Source of the DNA: Vitrella brassicaformis CCMP3155
Taxonomy: Eukaryota > Protista > Chromerida
Direction: 5' to 3'
Assembly: GCA_001179505.1 (NCBI GenBank)
Contig: CDMY01000290.1
Location: forward strand, 1-64,000
Length of the DNA stretch: 64,000 bases
Part shown: positions 1 through 10,322 of the stretch, in pieces
Layout of the letters: every line of letters starts with the position of its first letter
Numbering within the stretch: the first letter of the stretch is position 1
Program-made: the position numbers and the translations under genes
Notes under the pieces: model-generated
Told to the model about the DNA's origin: nothing
The model's input: the letters and a program-made list of their open reading frames with translations, nothing else
The model's database searches: none

Positions 1-345
1 CGGGGATTGATCCCTCCTCCCCTTGAGCCTGTTTGACTCTGCGTGCTGATGGGACTGTATTTGTATGAGTATCACGGACACACAGACGAGTGTTACGGTT
101 AATGACAGTTTCCCCCCCCCAAAAAAAAGAAGGACCTCCCTATGTGACCAGCTGCCGGCTGACAGCTGCGTCAAGACAACCATGTGCCGTAGGAAAAAGA
201 AGAACAAACGTGAGTGCGTGGACACAGCGGCTCGATGGCGCGAAGGACAACATACAGGGAAACAACGAGTGCGAGGAAACGATCACGAAAAGATAGTGGA
301 GTGCGATGTGTGTATGCACGCCGGTTCCTTGCTGTACACGAGTGC

Positions 346-3300
346 TCATCCATCTTGTCGGTTGATGGTGCGACGGATGATGCCCCCAAAGACGGCCTCT
401 CGGGCCGCGTCTATGAGTGCCGCCTCCAGCCGCACCTCATCAGACCCATCGCTGTCTTGGGGCGGCTCCACCAGCAGCGACATGCTCATGCCTGATATGC
501 CATACTGCACACACACAGCACAGCACAGGACAGACAGCGATGGTTGGATGTGCAACTCATGTGCTGTGTGTGTTGTGTGTGGACTCACCTCTTTGACTTT
601 GTCGATGACGTGTTGTAGTTTGCCGCCGTGCCGCTCTCTCTTGTCGGCGGCCATGACGCCCATCTCATGCTCGATGGCCGACACCAGACGAGCTGAGTCC
701 CACGACTGACTTGGGGCCAAGCATCCCTCACCCCTGACACCATCGCCAGGTGGCCACAGCTGAACCTTCGTCAACTCATCGATGGAATCACCCCTTCCTC
801 CCTCCCTCCATTGCCATCGCCGTTGCCATGCCCACCATGCCGCCCCCCACCCACTTCCCCATCCACCATGCGATCGGCCTCATTCGGATCTCCTGCCTGC
901 GGCACATTGGGTGCGTGTGGGCCCTTGACCGGCTGATGGGGTGGCGGCCGCATTGTCATGTCGATGTCGGCCAGCTCGTCACCACCCGGCAGCTGCTCGT
1001 CATCTGCCGCCTTGAGCGGCTTGGGCAGGGCTGGTGTGGTGTGCTGCTGATTGGTCTTCTGAAGCTGTTTGATGAATCGACTGGCGGCCTCCTTGATGTC
1101 CTCGCCGTCACGCTGCCCAACCATGGCCGGCAGCTCACGGCGCACAAACGAGTCGATGGAGGCAAAACTCAGAGAGGGGACGGCCGCCAACATCGCCCCA
1201 ATGTTGTGACCCACTTGACCATACAGGCGACAGAGGACCATCCGCTGGGCGTGTGTCATGGGCTGCTGGTCCTCAGTGCCGTCAATGTCCATCTCCTGCT
1301 GGCGGCATGCCCATGCGGCATCGATGGCCGCCCCCATGACCTCCCTGGTGGCCGCTGAGAGGGGCACCGACTGCACTGGGGTGCCGGGCAGGACCACCTC
1401 GACGGCCAGCTGGGTCAGGGCAGACCCACTCCTGAACCGCAGGCACAGAGGCGTGTCGGGATGGGCTCGCCCGAGTGCCTCCAGCTGCTGGTAGAAGTGG
1501 CGAATGAGGTCTCCCTGCTCGACCGGGGGCACACGAGGGCCGCGACTGGCCGTGTGACGCGTCGGCGGCGTAGCCGGTGGGCCCTCCCGCAGCCAACTGG
1601 GGGCCTCGATGTCCGGCGAGGGATTGCGGTTGGGTCGGCCGTCTCTGCGGGGCCTCGGTCGCTTGGTGTCAGGGCGAGCAATGGGACGTAAGGGCACACC
1701 GCTCCTCAGACCACTTTGACGCAGCTGAGGGGCCTGTCGGTGTCTGACGGGCCGAGGATCGTCGCCATCGTCGGCCCTTGTCGAGTCAGCCGGGTCGCCA
1801 TGCCTCTTGGCCCCTGCCTCTGACGTGTGCAATCGCTCCATCTTCCGTCGTCTGTGGGCAATGGCGGCCTCCTTGGCACCCTCGAAGCCAAGACTTTCGA
1901 CCATGAAGTGCTTGCTCTTCCTGCTGCCCCCCTCCTGCCAGAAGGCAAGCCATGAGTTGACTTTCTTGTTGTAGGTGACGCCCCGCACGCCGCTCTGGTG
2001 CTCCGATCGATGCTTGATCGCCGCCTGGCCGGTGCGCTCCATCTTGAGACGATGCTGCTCGGCCAGCGCCTGATCCATACGTTTGGGGAAATAGAGAGTG
2101 AGATGGAGGTGGGGTGCTACGTTGCGATTCGGTACCTTTGCTTTGTGGAAGCCATGGTCTCTGACGTAGAAACACTTGCGCTCCTGCTTGCCGTCCCTCG
2201 TGCTGCGCCAGTGTGCCGCCCACGCCTGACCCGGCTCATACCAGTAGACACCCGACACGTCTGATCGGTGCTCGGCAGCCCTTCGTATGCCCTCGGGGCC
2301 GTCGGCTGTCTTGCCACTTTTGGAGCTCGGCCGCTTGTCCGCTACGGATGGGCTGCTTCTGGCGAGAGCCGCCTCTCGGCGGCAATGCTTCCGGGGGGGG
2401 CTGCGGTCGGATGACTGATCACGAATCGAACCCTCTGGCACCGACGCACCAGCCCCTTGCTGCTGTCGGTCAGCAGCATCAGAGTCCGCGAATTTTGCCT
2501 GCGCCACCAGGCTGGTCGCCAGAAAATGGCCGCCCGCCTCGCTGAGCTTCGCCGACACATGGCGATCCCTTCCGCCGCCCGAGTCCTCACGATGGCGCTT
2601 AGCTGCTGGCCGGTCGATGAGCAGCTCGTTCTCGGAGCTGGACCTGCGCGAAAGAGCCAGCCCCACACACATGCACACACGCGACAAGTGTGGCCCTTTC
2701 CCTGTCTGTCTTACTCGTCGCTGTTGCTGCTGAGGACCTCGACGAGGGCAGCAGCCAGGTCGCCGCCCTCCATCCCACCCACACCTGGCCTGCTGCTGGG
2801 GGGCCGTGGCGGCGCGCCGAGTGAATCGCACCATCACCATTGGGGGTACTGCGGCCCTCATCTCTCGTCGCCTCGGCCTTTGACGTATTCTGCCGCTGCC
2901 GCTGGAGTGGCGTCATACGACTGGGGCCCTCCCGCAGATGTGAGGGATTGCGGTTGGGTCGGCCTTCTCTCCGGTCCTGGCGCTTGGTGTCAGGGCGAGC
3001 AATGGGACGTAAGGGCACACCGCTCCTCAGACCACTTTGACGCAGCTGAGGGGCCTGTCGCTGTCTGCCGGGCAGAGGATCGTCGCCGTCGTCGGCACTT
3101 CTTGAGTCAGCCTGGTCGCCATGGCTCTCCGCCCCTCCCTCTGACGTGTGCAATCGCTCCATCTTCCGTCTGTGCGCAATGGCCGCCTCTTTGGCCTCCT
3201 CGTAGCCCAGCTGCTTGACGGAGAAGGCCTTGCGCTTCTGCTTGCCGGCCTCCTGCCAGCTGGCCACCCAGCTCTTGCATCTCTCGTTGTAGTAGACGCC

Positions 3301-5071
3301 CCGCACGCCGCTCTGATGCTCCGATCTCTTCTTGTGGAACGTCTTCCGTATGTGCGCGATGGCGGCCTTTTTGGCCTCCTCGTAGCCAAGCTGGTCAACG
3401 GAGAAGGACTTGTACCTCCTGCTGTCGTCCACCTGCCAGTCAGCTTTCCATGCGTTGAATGTCTTGTTGTAGTTGACGCCCCGCACGCCGCTCTGGTGCT
3501 CCGATCGCCCCCTGACCGCCGCCTGGCCGGTGCGCTCCATCTTGCGACGATGCCGCTCGGCCAACGCCTGGCGCACACATGACACACATGAAAGGATGAT
3601 AGGTGCCAGGAACAAATGCTTCTATGCTTTCTTTTGCTGCACCTTCGCTTTGTCGAATCCGTGATGTTTCATGTAGAAGCACTTGATCTTTGACTTGCCG
3701 TCGCCCGTGTCGTACCAAGTCGCCGCCCAGGCCTGGCACTTCTCAGACCAGGATACCCCACTCACGTCTGACTGATACCTGCCCTCCCTGGCGTTGGACT
3801 TCTCATCCACTGTTGAAGTCGGTGCTCTCTCGTGGGCTGGGGGCCTGCTGCCGAGTGGGTGTGTGTGGCGATCCTCCAGTGACCGGCTGCGATCGACCGA
3901 CTTGTCATGGGCGGGGCCTCCCTGCTGCGCTTCCTTACCGGCCCTCGCAGAGGAGCGGAGCCTGTGACTGTGACTGTGACGATGCTTGGCGTGCTTCCTG
4001 GCTGGCACGAGACCTGAGAGGGCAACGCAGGCCGGATACGATGAATGTGTGTCGGTCGATGATTCGGCTGATATGGTTGTCACATGCAGGTACGTACCTT
4101 TGTCGTGGGGTGACTCATCGTGAGGTGGCTCAGCCGCCCCACCGACAGCAGCAGCAGGAGATGTTGTCGAGGGACCGGGTGCACTGTCGGAGGCGGAGTA
4201 AGGCACACTACTCAATCCTGCACATATGGGAAAACAACACACGATGTGCTTCGAAGTCCCCCAGCCTTCTTTGCTCCCTCTTTCCTGTCTCACTTGCAGG
4301 TCTCCACTGTGTGACGGTCCGCTCGAGGCCATCGATGACATCAGACACACTCTCGAAGCGATCGTCACTGTCTGCCGTGCCGTTGCGGACAGCCACCAAG
4401 AGGTCGCTCAGCATGCTCACGTCCCACCCCCTCCCGCCGTGATCACGGCTGACAACCCCCCGCACCCACACCGGAGGCCGATTGTCCCCATAGCCCCGCC
4501 ATGCCGTCACCTTAAACGTCACCATAAACCGCTGACCGTTGCCCTCGTCGGCCACGCTGAAGTCTGGCAGGTGTTTGTTGAGGTAATCGGGAATGACTTT
4601 GTTGCGCAGCACGTCCCGTAAGAGCTCCGGTTGACCGCTTGACGTCCGCTGCCTGTTGCCGGCAGGTGCGGGAGACCCCTCGCGTGACACATGCTTCCTC
4701 TCCCGATCGGCGCCTGCTTGGTCGGTGCTGTCGCGGGGTGGTCCTGGTCCTGGTCCTGGTGCTGGTGGGCCTGGGGGTGCGTATGAGTGGGCGCCTGTCT
4801 CGTGCTGGTCGTCGGGGGCCATTGGCTGATCCTCTTGCTGCTGCTCGTCATTCTGGTGCTGCGGGCTCACTCCACCTGCATCGACCGCGCCGGCTACGTC
4901 TGCTTCTGCCTGCTCCTCCTCCATCGGGTGGTCCACTTGCTGCTCTATCAGCTGGGCCTGTTGCTGTGCTGTCTGGTCCACTGCCGGTGGCTGGGGCGAT
5001 GAGGGTATGAGTGGCGGAGGGCGGGGATGCAGAGGTGGAACGGGTGCTGGTGGGGGATGCGGCGCAGCCAT
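346..5071 (-). pseudogene. Multi-AP2 (ApiAP2) paralog, probably disrupted: 5 canonical AP2 domains, AP2-like+SANT-like module, remnant SAM-like tail
   Basis: ATG at 5071 (cacacaATGG). AP2 motifs such as HQSGVRGVYYNERCKSWVASWQEAGKQKRKAFSVKQLGYEEAKEAAIAHRRKMER at about 3790-3535, 3500-3350, 3320-3160, 2270-2040 and 2000-1830. G6 at 2798-2803 versus G7 in paralogs (31.26, 37.85, 40.31 kb) shifts the frame. A second 1-nt loss near 783 gives a stop at 771. Confidence 0.78.
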
Positions 5072-5658
5072 TGTGTGACGGATGTGACGGTCTGAGAGGC
5101 AGCAGCACATCAACACAGAGAGTGCCCTCAGTCAGATGCACACACCCCCACACCCCCACTGCTGCAGTCCGCTCACCTGCCAATAGGTTGGCGAGGCGTC
5201 CCGGCAGTGGGGGGCGAGCACCAGAGGCGTTGAGGGCGAACGGTGCCGCGTTTCTACCAGGCTAAACGAGAACTGCAGCTGCAGCAGTGTGACCTGCCGC
5301 AGTGGATGGCCGAGCCCTGTTGGTCACGGGCAGACCTGTCCACGAAACGTACGGTGAGGTGGTGGGATGGGATGGGATGGTCGTTGGTGTTTGTGCGTCG
5401 AGGTAGTATGTACAGTACCGCAGAATGGTGGTCGGAATGGCGGGCGGGGACCGCGCAGTGGCGCCATCGGACGAGGGAACGGATGCAGACCACCGCCGCC
5501 ACGCACACCAGCAGGCTTGATGTCGTCACCACCCATCTGCTGTCTTTCCACTGGCTCTCCCTCCCCGCCTCCTGCACAACCAACAGATACGATGCCACCC
5601 GGCCCTTCATGAGATTCACCCGTCTGTGTGTGCTGGATTGTCGTTAGTTACCGTGGCC

Positions 5659-7167
5659 TTAATCCTTCCGGTCCACGATGATGCGTACGCCCCCCGGCCC
5701 CTCAATGAAGTGGTAGTCGAGGGGCCTCAGACGTGCTAGCGATGATGCGTATCCCCCCAGCGCAGCCACTATCTTGCTGCTGAGGTCCTGGGAAAAGCTC
5801 CACCCCTTCTTGCCCCTCTGGCGTGGCGTCGCTGTGCCCTGCACGTAGTAGTCGCCACCACCCGCATCCTGGAAGGGGCCAATGGTCACGGTGATGAGGT
5901 CGGTGCCGCCGAGGGCGAAGGTGGTCTTGACGCCCTCTGGCAGACGTGAAAATATCGTCCGGGGGTCGGTCCTCATGAGCATGAAGTCGCGCTTGCACGA
6001 CTCGACAGCCGGGCCCGATGACGCACCACCACCACCATCACCACCATTGGCAGCAGCAGCAGCTGGGGAGCAACCACGAGACACATCTGTCATGATCTGC
6101 GGTGGCCCTTGCTGAGGCACCCGCTTGGCCCGGTCGGTCTCGATGGCCAGGGTGGTGGAGGGTTGGTGTGAGTGGTCGACGACAGTCTCCCAGCTGGGCA
6201 GCAACTGGAACTGGTGGGCCTTGCCCTTCGAACCCCAGATGTCACGCACAATCTGATGGACGTAAACACACATCCACAGAGACAGACATTCAGACAGACA
6301 TTCACATTGGCGTGGGGGATGGGGCACGTGTGTGTATGTATGTGTGTGCCTACCTTTCGCGGTCTTCACAGGCGGCCTTGAAGGCGGGTCTGACTGACTG
6401 GAACTGCTCGAAGTTGTGAGTGGGTCCCCAGATCCTCCCCTTGCTTTGATGGTTGAACTCGATGCGGACGCCCTTGTTCTTCACCATCTGCAGGCCCAGG
6501 GGTGCCGGCCTGCCGTTGGGCTTCTTGGGCAGATACTCCTTCAAACACTCGGTGACCTACACACACATACAGACGGGATCCGATTGTTGTGTGTGTGGGC
6601 AGGCGGCCTCTCTCACTCTCACTCTCCCTCACCCTCTCCCTCACTCACTTGTTTGCCCTCCTCCTTGGACGACATCTGGGTGGCTGGGTTGAGGGCCTGG
6701 TGTTCCTCCGCAGCACCACTACGACTACCGGCACGACCCCTCGGCTCATGCCCCGCCGCAGCCAAGTCGTGCTCGGGCGTGTACTCTTCCTGAGCCTCTA
6801 TCTCTCTCGCCGACGGCCGGCCGCGGCCCCGACCTGTCCTCTGCCGCTTGCCACCGCGGTTGAGTAGCAGGTCGTGGCCGGCAGGAGGGGTCTGATCGCC
6901 CTGCTGCCCCTGTGGGTGTGGGGGTGGGGGTGCGGGGATGGGGTTGGGGTTGGGGATGACGACGGCCGCAGACAGGCTAGTAGTCGACGAGGCCGCTGAT
7001 GCATGAGAGACCGAATGAGCCGGCGGAGTAAGGACAGATGAACGGCCGCCCTGACACGCTTCTGTTGATGGAGTGGCCGCCTCGCCCGCCTGCATAGCTG
7101 GATCCCGAGAGCCCTCCTCAGCAGCCGACAGCGGTGCACCGGCGGAATGAATATGCTCACTCGCCAT
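5659..7167 (-). pseudogene. N-terminal module gene of the AP2 family (AT-hook GRGRGRP, KEYLPKKPNG domain, unknown C-terminal domain), frameshifted at the end of exon 2
   Basis: ATG 7167 (MASEHIHS). Exons 7167-6649, 6556-6354 and about 6251-5659, with GT-AG introns. Homologous to 42677-41580. The exon-2 donor is GAA AG|gt versus GAA CAG|gt in the paralog, so exon 3 is out of phase. Confidence 0.6.
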
Positions 7168-7739
7168 CGTCGCTTCCGCTGCTGCCGTCACGTTGGCTTG
7201 CTCATGGGCTCTCCCTGGCGGCTGTCAAATTGCGTAGGTGATGTGGGATGACGCAGATGTGGCGTCAGACGGTGACCATGACGTAGCACCGGACGGCAAA
7301 ACCGCCAGATCTCGGGTCAATGAAGCGATTCTGATGACATGAATCTGTCCAGCCAGAATGTCATGTGCGAGGGCCACCACCCAAAGTCGCTCACCCTGGT
7401 GTGGGGAACATAACCCGATGAGGGCGAGCTTGACCTTTGTGGCGAGAAATCGCGATGACGAGACAGAGCGTCAATATCTCTTTTTATCCTCCCTTCACGA
7501 TCGAATAGCGTGCCGCGCGGCTGCTTCTGGTGGGATGGCTGCTCCGGTGGGGCATCTGCTGCTGCTGCTTTAGCTGCTGCTGACGGGACGACGAAGATCA
7601 CGACAAAGGCACGAAGAAGACAGAGAGCATCCATTCACGTACTCATGCACTGCATGCTGTGAGGGAGGGTGGTCAGTGGTCACCAGTGACACAAAGCGGC
7701 ACAACCAGCTCACAGCTCACATGGCGGCCGTTCCTTTCT

Positions 7740-9876
7740 TTGTCTTCTCAGCGATGAGACCAAGACGAGTCGTCGCCCAACCTGATGCCCGACATCACCA
7801 TATCTGCCGGTACGCGCAACACACGCAGCAGAAAGACGAAGGCACTCATGCGCTTTGCACTGAGATGCCGCTGTGGATTCGTGCATCAGGCCGTGTTCAG
7901 CCATCAGAGAGGGGACACCGATTTTCGTGCGGGTGCGTCAGCAGTAGCTATGGTTCCACAGCCCTCTCGACGCGAGGCAACGCGGGAAGCAAAATGCGTG
8001 ACCTGCTCGAAGACGAGGACGAGGACTGCCTCGCCGACAACGAGGGCCACGACTGGATGCCCGATGACGACGAGTCGAAGGCCGAGGAGCAGCTAGAGGG
8101 AGGCGACCTGGGCTGTTCGCCCGAGATGGTGGACGGTAAGTACGAGCATGCGCTTATGATGCACGTGCGTATCTGTCTCTTTGTACCGATCGATCAGCAT
8201 GGCACGTCGTCTTTTGGAACGTCCCCAAAGAAGGCAAGGCATGAATGGACGGATAGAGACACGAAAGTGGGCTCTGTGTGTCCCTTCTGCAGGTCACCCT
8301 GAGAGACAGCGTCCTAGAGCGCTTCAGCGATGTGCTCAAGACCAAGTACGAAAAAAAGGTCCAGGCCCTCAAGGTCAAGATCAAGGTGCCAGGCCTCAAA
8401 GAGAAAGACAACATCATGGCCACCATCCAGGGAGAGCGGCAAGGATGTCCTGAGATTTGGGGAGGCGTACCGTCGTTTGCTGGGTGGACCTCAGGCAGCC
8501 GCTTGTTCCTCATGTCCTGGCCGGGCAGTCCAGGCACATCGGCAGCCTCAGACGGCGGGCGAATTCGGCTCCGCCCTCAAGTTCTTGCCCCTCTGTCCCT
8601 CCAGCACTCACGCAGGCCCTCTTCAATGACACCTTTGACGCGGCAAGCCCGCCCACACATGTGCAAAGCGGGGAGGAGGGGTGGGGCTCATTCGAGTATC
8701 GAACCTACGGCTGCGCTGTGGGCTTCGTCCTCACTCACTGGCTGACCGCAGACCCAGCTAATGACCGGCCTCATATGAGCTGGCCCATATTGGCTGTGCT
8801 GACCGGTGTCGCAGCACAGCGAGTGCAGGCTCTGCTGGCCGCCCATCCGAGCATCGGGCTGCAGGAAGTGTTGGGGGTTTTCGACAAGAAGGGGCACACA
8901 GGTGACGAGGAGAGCACAGAGAAGAAGGGATGCACACAAAGATGCCTTGCTTTCGATTCGCTCAGATCACCGCCACGGCCGCCAACAAAGAGGAGAAAAC
9001 CCTCAAGGTCGCAGAGCTGTGGAATGGTGAGCCTTCAAGAAAACAAAAGCTATCTCTCTCTCTCTGTCTGTGTGTGCGTGTGTGTGTGTGTCCTCAGAGG
9101 CCATCAATGGTGACAAGGCGGGAAAGAATGTACTGCCGATGTGAAGGAAGCACACGTCCCCCGAAAGAAGGCAAGGCATGAATGGACGGATAGAGACACG
9201 AAAGTGGGCTCTGTGTGTCCCTTCTGCAGGTCACCCTGAGAGACAACCTCCTAGAGCGCTTCGGCGATGTGCTCAAGACCAAGTACGAAAAAAAGGTCCA
9301 GGCCCTCAAGGTCAAGATCAAGGTGCCAGGCCTCAAAGAGAAAGACAACATCATGGCCACCATGCTAGGAATGAGCGGCAAAAGCCAAAAGGACGAGCAC
9401 GAGAGAAGGCACACGGTGGTGAGGAGGAGCACAGACAAGAAGGAATGCGCAGAATGATGCCTCGCTTTTGCTTCGATGATCGACCCTGGTGTACGGGATT
9501 CACCTGGCGTGCAGGGGCCATGTGGTCATCGGGTGGATCATCGACGGTCGTCACGCCCGCAAACTGGAGGCCTTCTCGAGTCTGGCCGGTGGCGGGCTGG
9601 AGATGGTCAACCGCCGCCCGGCCCTTCGAGCCGGCCGAGTACGCCATGTACCGGTCCATGGGATACCTCCCCATCATTATCGGGACCGCTACAACGCACG
9701 AGTGGCGCGAGACAAGACTGCTGCCCTACGCCTCTGTGGGCATTGCCGCGGTGCGCGCCAAGTACGGCGACCTGCTGGTAGCTCAGGAACGTGTGAGCCT
9801 CCACGAAACCATATGGCTATTTCAACCTGTGTCCCTCTCGCTCTGTCTCTGTCTCTCTCTCTCTGTATGTGTGTAG
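7740..9876 (+). pseudogene. Hypothetical, internally duplicated and apparently frameshifted gene of unknown family
   Basis: Two copies of an exon VTLRD(S/N)(V/L)LERF(S/G)DVLKTKYEKKVQALKVKIKVPGLKEKDNIMAT, each after ttctgcag. Protein-like segments downstream switch between frames without obvious introns. Confidence 0.4.
8221..9361 (+). repeat. About 200-bp near-identical direct repeat (8221-8424 and about 9156-9361) covering an intron 3' half plus an exon
   Basis: aagaaggcaaggcatgaatggacggatagagacacgaaagtggg...aacatcatggccacc occurs twice with few substitutions. Confidence 0.9.
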
Positions 9877-10322
9877 TGTTTTCTTATTTCTCTGTGTGTC
9901 TGCCTGTCTGCAGGTGGCCACCTGTCGCAGCACAGCGATGTTGTAGACAGTGAGCGTGCATCGATTTTGACGGGGGTCAGTCAGTCAGTTTGTCAGTCAG
10001 TCAGTCAAAGAGGGAGGATGGCTGCCTACATTTTATATTCGAATGACTTGGACTTCTTTGACCTTGCGATAGCCATCTCCACTTCAGAATATGTGGACCA
10101 GTCAGTCACACACAGACGAAAAAGAAACTTCTCAAACGGTCCGACCAGCTAGCTAATCGACACAGAAAGTGAGTCAAACCCCTCCCTCCCTCCCAGCTAC
10201 ACAGTCGCCTTCGCGAAGGCCCCGCCCCCCTCCCTCTACACACACACAGGGCCCACCTACACACCTTCACAAGTCTGGTACATGTGTGCAAGGGGCATGC
10301 AGCGCCGCTCTATGTACCCTTC

